NCBI GenBank assembly: GCA_044226625.1
Contig: JBGAGQ010000008.1
Span: 32,001 to 96,000 of the forward strand
DNA: 64,000 bases
Source: Thermoanaerobaculia bacterium
Lineage (GTDB): Bacteria; Acidobacteriota; Thermoanaerobaculia; Multivoradales; UBA5704
Direction: 5' to 3'
Notes under the pieces: generated by a model
Told to the model about the DNA's origin: nothing
What the model saw: the letters and a program-made list of their open reading frames with translations, nothing else
The model's database searches: none
Translations under genes and position numbers: made by a program
Part shown: one piece after another, positions 12,001-18,900 of the stretch
Position numbering within the stretch: the first letter of the stretch is position 1
Layout of the letters: each line of letters begins with the position of its first letter

Positions 12001-15000
12001 CATCGGCCTGCCAGGCCGCGAAATCTCCGTATTGGAACGGTAGCGGCGCCAGAGCCGAGGGCCGCCGCTCGCGCGCCGCGCGATAGCTCTCGGCCAGATC
12101 TCCGAGCAGGACCGGCATCGAGCCGCCGTCGCAAACGACGTGATGGAGACAGAGCGCCAGGACCCCACGCCGCTCGTCGGTGCGCAACAGGATCGCCCGG
12201 TAGAGAGGCCCGCGCTCGAGGTCGAAGGGGCGCCGAGCCTCGGAGCTCGCGGCCCGCTCCGCCTCCGATTGCCTCCTCGACCCGTTCAGAGCGCGGAGAT
12301 CGACTACGGGCAGGAGGGGCAGGGACGACGCATCCGCGGAACAGAGCCGCGCGACGGGCCTTCCCCTCGTTGGAACGAAAGTGGTCCGCAAGACCTCGTG
12401 CCGCGCGACGACAGCCGCCAGGCTCGCGCGGAGCGCGGCGGGATCGATCGCGCCTTCGAGGTGGATCCCACCCGGCACGTTGTAGGCGGCGCTCTGGGGC
12501 TCGAGCTGGGCGAGAAACCACAGGCTCGCCTGGCCCGCGGAGAGCGCCGTCGGGCGATCTCCCCGAACGCGGCGGATAGGCGGCAGCGCTTTGCGGGTCG
12601 CACGCTCCAGGCGGTGCGACAGGGACCTAACCGTCGGCGCTTCGAAGAACTCCCGCAGGGTGATTTCGCGGCCGAGTGACCTCCGAAGGCGCGACAGCAG
12701 GCGGGAAGCGAGCAGCGAGTGCCCGCCCAGGGCGAAGAAGCTCTCCTCCGGATCCAGGGCGTCCACCCCGAGGACGTCGCAGAATTGGCTCGCCACCAGC
12801 TCTTCGATCGGCGTTCGCGCCGCGCTTCCTGCGTGCCTATCGTCGCCCGCGGCCGGGGCGCTCCCGACCGGTGCGGGCAGGGCGGCCCGGTTTACCTTAC
12901 CGTTGGGGGTAAGCGGTAGCCGTTCGATCGGCACGACCGCCGACGGCACGAGATACGCGGGCAACGAAGCCGCGAGATGCTCGCGCAACCGCGCCGGATC
13001 CGGAAGCGCGCTGCCGGCCGCGGGGGTGACCCAAGCGACCAGACGCCGGTCGCCCGGGCGGTCTTCGCGGACCAGCACCAGCGCCTCGCCCACCGAGGGA
13101 TGCGAAGCGAGCGCCGCTTCGACCTCGCCCGGCTCGATCCGGAAGCCCCGGAGCTTGACCTGGCGGTCCACCCGACCGAGGAACTCCAGTCGTCCGTCGG
13201 TGAGCCGGCGTACCCGGTCTCCCGTGCGATAAGCGCGGGCTCCCGGCTCCGCGGAAAGAGGATCGGGTACGAACCGCACGGCGGTGAGGTCCGGGCGGCG
13301 GTGATAATCGCGAGCGAGTCCGTCGCCTCCGGCCATCAGCTCGCCGACGACGCCGATCGGAGCCGGCTCCCCGTGAAGATCGACGACCCAGGCACGGGTG
13401 TTGGAAATCGGACGACCGATCGGGATCGAGGCCGCGAACGAATCCTCCTTCGCGATCTCGTGAGTGGTCGTAAACGTCGTATTCTCGGTCGGACCGTATC
13501 CGTTAATCAGGCGCAGGCGGGGCGCCGCGGCCAACAGTCGCCGGACATGGGGTGGCGAGAGAGCCTCACCTCCGGCGAGCAATTCTTCCAGGCCGGCGAG
13601 CGCGTCCGGCTTCTCGTCCACGATCTGATGGAATAGCCCCGCGGTCAGCCAAAGCGTGGTGACGCCAAAGCGCTCGATAGCGCCTTCCAGGCTCTCGCTC
13701 GTCGGAAGCTCGGCCGGGAACAGCGCGAGCTTGCCCCCGTTCAAGAGCGGACCCCAGATTTCCAAGGTCGCCGCATCGAACGAGACTGGGGCGAGCTGAA
13801 GGAACGTCCGGTCCGGCCCGAAACGGATGAAACGCGCTCCGCGCACCAATCGGACGATGCTGCGATGGCGGATCGAGCTCCCCTTCGGTCGGCCGGTCGA
13901 ACCCGAGGTATACATCACATAGGCCACGTCGTCGGGACCGCTCGGCGGGTCGGATGCCTCGCCGTCCAGCGCCAACTCGCGGTCGACGGCGAGCGTCCGT
14001 CCCGAGAATCCCGGCCACGAACGGGAGAGGCCGCTTCGGGTCACCAAGACCTTCGTCCCAGCGTCCTCCAACATGTACGCCAGACGTTCCGCCGGATGAT
14101 CGGGGTCGAGCGGCAGGAAGGCGGCACCTGCCTCGAGGATGCCGACGATTCCGGCGATCAGTTCGGGAGAGCGTTCGAGCGCGATGCCGACGAAGTCGCC
14201 GGCTTCGACGCCGAGGCCGGCGAGCGACGCGGCGATTCGTCGAGCTCTCTCTGCGAGCCCGGCGTAGGACAGACAACCGGCATCCGATTCGACCGCGATG
14301 GCGTCCGGGGTCGCCGCCGCCTGCTGCGCGAGCCGACGGTGGACCGAGATCGCCGGGTCATCGCTCGCCGTGTCGTTCCATTCGCAGATCAGCTGGTGGC
14401 GCTCCGCGGCACCCAGCCAGGGAAGGTCGAAGACGGGCGTCGTGGGAGCGGCGAGCCCGGCGGCCAACAGGCGTCCAAAGGCCGCCCCCCATCGTCGCGG
14501 AGTGATCGCATCGAACAGCTCGGTCGGATATTCGAGCGAGCCTCCCAAACCACGGGAGGTCGTCACCAGGGACAGGCCGAGGTCGAACTTGGCGGTCCCG
14601 GTGTCGACCTCGAACGGCTCGATTTCCAGACCGGCGATCTTCAATGCCTCGCGCGGTTCCTCTTGGAACGCAAGCATCGCCTGGAACAGCGGATTTACGC
14701 CTGGAATCCGCTCCGGCCGCATCTCCTCGACCAACCGATCGAAGGGCAGGTCCTGATGCGCCTGGGCATCGAGGGCGAGCTCGCGAACGCGGCTCACCAG
14801 CTCCGCGAGGCTCGGCCGCCCGTCCAGGCTGATCGCTAACACCTGCATGTTGACGAAGAACCCGATCAGGCCGGCGACCTCAGTACGATTGCGGTTGGCG
14901 ACCGGCGATCCGAGAGCGATCCGCTCCTGGCCGGCCAAGCGCGCCAGCAACGCGGCCCAAGCGGCGGCGAGGAGGTGGAATGAGGTTGCGCCGAGATCGC

Positions 15001-15934
15001 GCGCCGCCTCCGCGACCCGCGCGCCGATCCCGGCGGGAAGCTCGATGACCTCGGATCGACCGCTTCGGCTCGGCTGTGCCGGACGAGGTCGATCCGTCGG
15101 CAGCTCGAGTAGCGAGGGCACCTCGGCCAGGCGCTCGCGCCACCAATCGAGTTCCGTGGCGAGCCAGTCGCCGGACCAGGCGCGACGCTGCCAGATCGCG
15201 TAATCGGCGTACTGATACGGGAGGTCGGGCGGCGGCGTGGAACCGACCGACGACGCGCGTTCGAAATGCGCCGCGATCTCGCCGGCGAAGACTCGGAAAG
15301 ACCATCCGTCGTTGACCAGATGGTGCATGTTGAGGAGGAGCCGATGCTCCGCCGCACCCAGCGCGAGGAGGGCCGGGCGCAGGAGTGGCCCGCGCTCTAG
15401 ATCGAAAGGTCGCCGCGCCTCCGCGCTCCCGACGCGCGACGCCTCGCCGCGAGCGGCAGAGGCAAGGGCGGCGAGATCGACTTCGGGCAGCGGCGGCGGC
15501 AGCGGAGGGCCGATGACCTGCACCGGCTCGCCGTCGACCTCGCGGAAGGTGGTGCGCAGTACTTCGTGGCGGCAGACGATCTCCCCGATCGCCCGGCGGA
15601 GCCTCGCGACGTCCAGAGCGCCGCGGAGCGTGAAACCGCCGGCCTCGTTGTAGACCGGGCTCTCCGGTTCGAGCCGGGCGAGGAACCAGAGCCGCCTCTG
15701 GGCGAACGACGCCGGCGGGTCGCCTCGCCCTTGAAAGCGCTCGAACGGCACGTCCGCGGCCGCGGGAACGGCGCGCCGGAGGGTCTCGAGGATCTCGCCC
15801 TTGTTGGCCGCGAGGGCGCCGAGCAGCTCCGGCGTGAGGGCGCCCTCCGGGGCTCGGTAACGCAGCCGGTCCCCCTCCGCCCAGAGTTTTACGTCGAGCG
15901 TCCGCAGGCGAACCAGAAGGTCGAGCAGCTTCAT
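1..15934 (-). CDS. Giant hybrid NRPS/PKS, 3' end outside window: TubC_N docking-C-A-T-C-A-T-E-C-A-T-KS-AT-degenerate KR-ACP-C
   Basis: ATG at 15934 overlaps the upstream PKS stop (ATGA). The N-terminus MKLLDLLVRLRTLDVKLWAEGDRLRYRAPEGAL is TubC_N-like. Motifs read along the strand, with the frame checked at about a dozen points: HHLVNDGWS (~15320), YVMYTSG (~13910), FFALGGHSL (~12730), HHVVCDGG (~12140), YVIYTSG (~10720), FFELGGDSI (~9570), HHLAIDGVSW (E, ~9015), HHHLVLDGWS (~7600), CVIFTSG (~6180), FFDLGGHSL (~5030), MDPQQR/QTACSSS/HGTGT/NIGH (KS, 4600-3800), GHSLG and RAFH (AT), FFELGGDSV (~935), HHLILDGWS (~285). Probably absent from the ORF track because no stop falls in the window. Confidence 0.93.
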   Translation of the reverse strand, partial: MKLLDLLVRLRTLDVKLWAEGDRLRYRAPEGALTPELLGALAANKGEILETLRRAVPAAADVPFERFQGRGDPPASFAQRRLWFLARLEPESPVYNEAGGFTLRGALDVARLRRAIGEIVCRHEVLRTTFREVDGEPVQVIGPPLPPPLPEVDLAALASAARGEASRVGSAEARRPFDLERGPLLRPALLALGAAEHRLLLNMHHLVNDGWSFRVFAGEIAAHFERASSVGSTPPPDLPYQYADYAIWQRRAWSGDWLATELDWWRERLAEVPSLLELPTDRPRPAQPSRSGRSEVIELPAGIGARVAEAARDLGATSFHLLAAAWAALLARLAGQERIALGSPVANRNRTEVAGLIGFFVNMQVLAISLDGRPSLAELVSRVRELALDAQAHQDLPFDRLVEEMRPERIPGVNPLFQAMLAFQEEPREALKIAGLEIEPFEVDTGTAKFDLGLSLVTTSRGLGGSLEYPTELFDAITPRRWGAAFGRLLAAGLAAPTTPVFDLPWLGAAERHQLICEWNDTASDDPAISVHRRLAQQAAATPDAIAVESDAGCLSYAGLAERARRIAASLAGLGVEAGDFVGIALERSPELIAGIVGILEAGAAFLPLDPDHPAERLAYMLEDAGTKVLVTRSGLSRSWPGFSGRTLAVDRELALDGEASDPPSGPDDVAYVMYTSGSTGRPKGSSIRHRSIVRLVRGARFIRFGPDRTFLQLAPVSFDAATLEIWGPLLNGGKLALFPAELPTSESLEGAIERFGVTTLWLTAGLFHQIVDEKPDALAGLEELLAGGEALSPPHVRRLLAAAPRLRLINGYGPTENTTFTTTHEIAKEDSFAASIPIGRPISNTRAWVVDLHGEPAPIGVVGELMAGGDGLARDYHRRPDLTAVRFVPDPLSAEPGARAYRTGDRVRRLTDGRLEFLGRVDRQVKLRGFRIEPGEVEAALASHPSVGEALVLVREDRPGDRRLVAWVTPAAGSALPDPARLREHLAASLPAYLVPSAVVPIERLPLTPNGKVNRAALPAPVGSAPAAGDDRHAGSAARTPIEELVASQFCDVLGVDALDPEESFFALGGHSLLASRLLSRLRRSLGREITLREFFEAPTVRSLSHRLERATRKALPPIRRVRGDRPTALSAGQASLWFLAQLEPQSAAYNVPGGIHLEGAIDPAALRASLAAVVARHEVLRTTFVPTRGRPVARLCSADASSLPLLPVVDLRALNGSRRQSEAERAASSEARRPFDLERGPLYRAILLRTDERRGVLALCLHHVVCDGGSMPVLLGDLAESYRAARERRPSALAPLPFQYGDFAAWQADVIALEREREVAFWRDRLAGAPALVELPVDRPRSAVAGDRGSVVELRFEAGLVVDLRALAQSEGATLFMVLVAATHALLARYAGRDDFALGYPIANRSQTETEGLIGYFVNTLVLYLDSDGDLSFGDLLARAREELLTGHAHRHLPFEVLVDELAPERSLASSPLFQTLIVLDETVEPVTAGGLTFTPRGSDNGTAKFDLTWTFAERGRGDLAVALKYRTDLFDPATAKRLVGQLDRLLTAATKDPARRFSDLDPLSTAQLHALVWEWNDTATAGPGAMNLVELLAERVRATPRAIAVGAEDRTLTYEELEGASNRFARRLIVLGAQPDSPVGVALGRTVDLVVAIWGILKAGSAFLPLDLEQPTRRLAEILADSGAKVLVVAANATADFADQPFALLRPDADAEVIAAEDSTPPAVEIEPERLAYVIYTSGSTGKPKGVMLRHSAAVNLVRALERGVYQHSRVARVGLNAPLVFDASVKQWLQIAAGRAVFLLPEAARREGADLLAWARRHRIDAIDTTPSQLRLLLANGLDQSARPGLFLVGGEAIDPALWHRLVELADVDLVNVYGPTECTVDATAARVEGDRPTLGRPLANVHLRIVDRQGRLVPMGGVGELRIGGAGLARGYLGRADLTADSFRPDPEGVAGARLYHSGDLARIRPDGSIDSLGRIDHQVKIRGFRIETGEIEAILGEHASIRDVAVVPWQDEVGTRRLAAYFVRRADARSSQAEELASHLRARLPDYMVPQAFVELETLPLTRNGKLDRRALPTPRLSGGSASRAPRTAVEARLAEIWSELLRIPEVGIDDNFFELGGDSILSIQVIARAAEAGLRLASRQLFQHQTIAELARVTEIRQAETGGGIEVGPVELSPIQRRFLATAGPGYAWYNQSLLLSVAAGVPTHAMRQAFAQVVARHGAFRLRFVEEAGAWQQRIEAPSGLERLTEIDLSALQADRYETIATPWTSLQASLDLRVGPIVRAVLVRGPVDRRLFLAVHHLAIDGVSWRIVLDELVQATLGFAAGAPARPVPTPTSLAVYGSHLRNLANGSTLQGEIAYWRSVVAQGIPKVPRDGAGPNLRGAVVRRRVTIGEGFTASLLKEGPRAYRARPDEILLAALARATEPWRGTRRLVVTLERHGRDGLLGDLDLSRTVGWLTAVHPLSVELPPDEDSAAEILAVKEAVRKVPHEGGGFGLLRELGPADLRRELATLGEPEIAFNYLGRLDALLPDGGPFGWITAAPGVEHDGRLPRPALIEINAAVVGGRLEIDWYFAETCHRAETIERLAAAHREHLERLITHCRERRTSVLSPSDVPYSRLSVRELEILSSREIDVEDVLPLGPLQQGFLYHALAEGRGSSYVTDFRFSLTGRLDAPALRRSFARLVERHGALRTSFAWRNLSEPHQVIHQRAELSWRTADLRGLPEGEAGLRLGDLIEAERRAGFDLARAPLARVLLARIGDRRWSCLFLHHHLVLDGWSLPILLSDLFAFYRSELDLGEAPIDAPRPTRDYQAALAANRRADRERLWRERLAGIPVTTALPEDQGGPGAPPGAIEELVVRLPAPATAALVASVRRRQTTLNTFLLGAWTLLLARSSGSKDVLFGTTVSGRSLSLDGVAGMVGLFINTLPYRGEAPPRRAVATWLSSLQAALIDLQPFEAMALVDIQPLSEIPRPLPLFESLLVFENYPLGTDFAARLTDRLDLEIGGFGATERTSFPLALIVSPGDRLELRIQHGIARVDRAAAVRVLAHLQAILSGIAEASEEATVEDLPWLGEAERAEILTAWGSAPRAYPRESSLEEVFDERCARAPAAPALEFDGRCETYRQLGEKANRMARWLTTHGVRPGDFVGLLLEPSADLIVAMLGVVKAGAAVVTLDPSHPAERLAGMLADVSPRVLLVHRGLDRPLPNGTARRFDLDSFAAEIAAVDPSPLPIASFALSAACVIFTSGSTGTPKGNVIPHRAVVRLVCGTGDDVAASDRVAQLANVSFDASNFEIWGALLNGACLVGLPREAVLSPRRLGEEIRGRRISVLFLTTALFHRVAREAQTAFSPLRLLIFGGEACDPVAVEAAMAAGPGRVYNGYGPTENGTFSTWKRIEEVEAPIPIGRPVANSRAFVLDERLEPVPVGVMGEIYVAGDGLAWGYFGRPGATAERFLPEPWIHSGERMYRTGDLGRYRPGGEIDFLGRRDAQVKIRGFRVELGEIEATLADHPSVRAAAVVARRDGAGEIRLVAYVATGEEPVGGPALRAFLRERLPAFMIPADLFEMPRLPITPNGKIDRRALPEAYAAPAAAESEKPRSNLESLIAEVWCEVLGRESVAIRDTFFDLGGHSLLLIQVEDRLAERLAGSSVRPPSIMDLFEYPTIAALAEHLGGAPVPERRLRSSGGAGVESAIAIVGMAGRFPGAANVEELWANVCAGVESISRFSAAELASAGVPEALSRRSDYVPARGTLDDADGFDAEFFGYSPADAELMDPQQRVFLECVWSGLEDAGCDPRRATGRIGVYAGTTASSYWMNLVASGATSGIDRLRATLSNDKDFLASRVSYRLDLDGPAVAVQTACSSSLVAVHLACQALRLDECDVAVAGGVSISFPQRVGYLYVPGGTRTATGHCRPFDAGADGTLGGDGVAVVVLKRLKDALAAGDPVRAVILGSAINNDGASKVGYSAPSIEGQAAVIAAALRAARVEPGSIGYVETHGTGTPLGDPIEIRALTQAFGPSGEKPGACALGGIKANIGHLDAAAGVTGLIKAALAIERRTIPPLLHFVRPNPAVDLAASPFRAPRQLESWESGSGPRRAGVSSFGMGGTNAHVVLEEAPEPPVEPEAIGVPRLLVLSARTPTALSTAAERLATYLERRPDLPLADVARTLASGRRRFAHRRFAVASDLEEAVASLRRDDPGTPGAEAADVVFLFPGQGTLRPGAGRELYEADPAFRAALDEGSEGFLRELSIDPRSWLLADPGSGEAASALERTLNAQPALFALEMALARACVARAGQPVAMLGHSLGEYVAATLSGVLSQSDAVSLVAERARLMESLPEGAMISVALAEEGLSPWLASGFGEIDLAAVNSPGLCTLSGPIPAIEDLEARLAAAGIETRRLRTSRAFHSSATEPILGDFRRRLETFPLSPPRLPFLSNLTGTWIRDDQATDPGYWVEHLRRPVRFSQGLETLFATPGRAYLEVGSGGGLAALAARHPTAPSGTVFASALGRAGEEAGPERVRWLRAFGELWCGGVSLAWDAVLEGAGRKVSLPTYPFERRRFHLEAAGRFVESTPIGAAAAVQARAWGRSARPRPVAELPQHEIVGGGAVALRLAERLREAGVRAEVLGDTAGAAEPRCRWLSRLAGPDACRLVDLSELAVPAEPLDSLVELAGRFGTEAPRGSRLVAITAGCTAILGEARVTPERSLRMGLARALVERAGRGFKTVDFASRPSGAREVAATVELLAAELLADGEESAAWRRGERWVSRAEPVAPEAPISDALWLESRTDLGDFPTAEGGTIRWRCEHVATAGECDALDFRFGEALNAAVEGSAVLLGLRLEGDSSADALAEGEAALRVATSFLGACRDRGIERPAVATIGSSLAAHAFAEAAETLVEDFADGLSRPLALALRTDGELDVAAIEAALASGDRVVRLQRREAAAEAPSPMLPGHARPALSTPLRRPQPGSEARLAAIWADLLRIAEVGVDDDFFELGGDSVLAIQIATRAREIGVELTSRELFERPTIAQLLEPARGGTAERDVEQSPVTRDLGAPALESLAASMPAEIAAEIGDAYPLTPLQEGMLFQGLLAPESRTYVHSVHARVRGALDPDAFRRAWLWVVERHTALRTAFLWEGLERPLQVVLRHVELPWAEEDWRGVPEAEQELRLLDLLESERLRGLDPARAPLLRWVLVRRTETELDLVWLVHHLILDGWSVPRLLSDLFAAYAAFREGRSLEMAPAPPFRSYVAWLGSRDLARAEKAWRAELAGFSQSVPLPGARPLDRSAHERYAERRLELSTATTRT

Positions 15935-18900
15935 AGCTCGCCCTCCACCATGGCTCCTGGGAGGGCCCCAGAGAGGGGCGCCGCGGGCTCGTCGCGCAAC
16001 CAGAGGAACGCCTCGATCGCCGCGGCGAGCCGAGCCGGCGTGGGCGCGTCGAACAGGCTGCGCAGACCGAGGTCGACGCCGAAGCGCTCGCGCAGGCGGG
16101 CGAACAGCTGGGTGGCGATCAAGGACTGCCCCCCGAGCTCGAAGAAATCGTCGTCTCGGCCCACTCGCTGGATCCCGAGCAAACGTTGCCAGATTTCGCA
16201 AATCGCGGTTTCGACCTCGCCGCGCGGCTCGGCGAAGGCGGTGGCGAGCGTCGGGCGCTCATGCCGTTCCGGCTCCGCCCCCTCGGTGGTGCGCGTCGTG
16301 GAGAGGCGGATCCACTGGTCGATCCGGCGTTCGAGGTCGCCCACCGAGATCACCAGTCGCGGCCCCTGGAACAGCTGGAGAGCGCGTGAGAACGCCTCTC
16401 GGCCTTCGTCCGCGGCGAGAGCGAGCGACGCGTTGGTCACCCCGGTGATGCGGGAGCCGGCTTCGCCCCGCCAGGTGTCCCAATCGATCGCGAGCCAGCG
16501 CTTGCCGGCCTGGCACTGCGCGGCCGCGAAGGCGTCGAGGAACGAATTCGCGGCGACGTAGGAGGCAAATCCGAGCCCTCCGACCACGGTGGAGATCGAC
16601 GAACAGAGCACCACCCAGTCGGGTTCGTCGGCGCCGAGCGCCTTGGCGAGCGCTCGGGTCCCTCGGACCTTGGACCGGTCGTGGATCGCGCAATCCGCGG
16701 GGCCCAACTCGGCGACGTAGCGTAGCGACTCGACGCTCGTCGTACCGGCCGCGTGGATGACACCGGAGATGGGACCGAGTCGGGAACGAACGTCCGCGAG
16801 AGCCGCGGCGAGCGCGCGCTCGTCGGCGACGTCGACCGCAATCGGCTCCACGCGGGCACCGAGGTGCTCGAGGCGAGCCCAACGAGCCAATCGAGCGAGC
16901 GCCGGATCCCCCGCTTTCGCTTCGGCGAGCCGACGATCCCGTTCCTCAACCGTGGGCATCTCCGTTCGGCCGAGCAGCACCAGCTGCACCGGCCCCGAGG
17001 TTGCGAGCCCCTCGGCCAGCTGGGAACCGACCTCGCCGAGGCCGCCGGTCACGACATAGACGCCCCCCGGCCGAATCGGAAGGTCTTCCGCCGTGGAGGG
17101 AGGGAACCGTATGCGTTCGTGGACCTCCACCCAGCGTTGACCGCCCCGGTAGGCCACCGAGGTCTCCTCCGCGCCGCTTCCGACCTCGCGGGCGAGACGC
17201 CCGACGAGGTCGGCGCTCCCCGAACGATCGATGTCGATCGCCCGCAGCGCGAAACCGAGATATTCCTGCGGCACCACTCGCAACGCCCCTCGGACGGTCG
17301 CCTTGTCGGGATCGGTACGATCGCCGGCCGCGACCGCCTCCACTCCCTCGGTGACGACGACGACCTCCACGCCTTGCGCCCGGCGAGAGCCGAGAGCGCG
17401 TGCCAAGTAAACCAACGCCAGGAATCCCCATTCCTGCGCCCGCGCGAAACGCGCCTCGTCGCCAAGGTAGAGATCGTTGAGATCGTTGAGATCGTTGAGA
17501 TCCCTGCGACCGCCGTGATCGATCGGCTCCGCGAGCCAGAGGTGGACCACCCGCTCCGGTGTCCAAGGCAAAGCTTCGAGCAGCCGCTCGTAACTCGCGG
17601 CCTCCCCCGGGACGACGCCAAGACCTGTTCCGCCAACGCCTTCGAGGCGCGCCTCGGCCAACGCCACCTCGTCGCCCGCCGCGGCCAGCCGGTCCGCGAG
17701 CGAGCGGCCGAAGGGGCCCATGGAGAGCACCAGGGTCCGTTTCGGCCCCGACCTCGGCAACGGCCGCGGGGACTGCTTCCAAACCGGCACCCAGAATCGG
17801 TCGTCGGGCGGATCGGGCCTGCCGGCCTCCCCGACCGGCGCGAGGTTCGGCTGCCGCGCGGTATGCCAATAGCGCTTCCGTTCGAAGGGATAGGTGGGAA
17901 GGGAGACGCGGCCTCGTCGTTCCCCGGCAAACCCGGTTCGTAAATCGACCTCTCCACCGGCGAGCCAGATTCGCCCGAGGGCGCCGAGCAGGAAGTCGCG
18001 GTCCTTTCGGCCGTCCGCGGCGTTCCGCACGGTCGGGATCGCGTCGACCGGGGCGTCTCCCCCCTGGAGCTTGGCGAGCGAGGAGAGGCCGAAGCCCGGC
18101 CCGACCTCGACCAGGATTGGCGAACCTTCCTCGGAGAGCCCGGCCAACCCGTCGGCGAAACGTACGGTCTCGCACATGTGCCGCGCCCAGTATTCGGGAT
18201 CGGTGGCCTCATGGGCCGTGAGACGACGGCCGGTCAGATTCGACAGGATCGGGATCCGCGGCTCCTCGCGCGGCGTCGTCCGGACCAAGGCCGCCAGACG
18301 TTCGGCCGCGGGCACCAGGCTTCGCGAATGGAACGCGTGCGTGGTCGGGATCCGGCTCGAAGAAGTTCCCCGCCGTGTCAACTCGGCCTCGGTCTCCTCG
18401 ATCCCCTCGACCGGCCCGGACAGTACCGAGAGCGCAGGCCCGTTGACCGCGGCGAGGCCGAGCTCCCCCCGGAGCAGCCCGCGCGCCTCCGCTTCCGGCA
18501 GTGGGATCGCCAGCATCGCGCCCATGGGGAGCTCGGCGATCGCTTGCGCCCGCGCCGCCACGAGAGCTACCGCCGCCTCCAGCGAGAACACTCCGGCGAG
18601 GCAAGCCGCCGTGTACTCGCCGAGGCTGTAGCCGAGAACGGCCGCGGGGCGGATTCCCCACGATGCGAGAAGAGCGGCGAGCGCGATCTCGAACGCGAAT
18701 ACCGCGGGCTGCGCAATTTCGGTGCGCGCCAACGGCGAATCGGCGGCGAGCGGCGTGCCGCCGCGCCGGAGCAGGCGGCGCAGGTCCAGCCCTCCCGCCG
18801 CGGCGGTGGGCGCGCCCTCGTCCACGGCGAAGACGACCGCGCGTAAATCGAGCCCGAGGTGCGGCCGAAACAGCTCGGCGCACCGGTCGAAGGAATGGCG

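Noticed and set aside
7385-12043. 1552-aa plus-strand ORF and the many other plus-strand ORFs over 1-24400
   Set aside because: Antisense shadows of the GC-rich NRPS/PKS; Arg/Gly/Ala-rich with no motifs.
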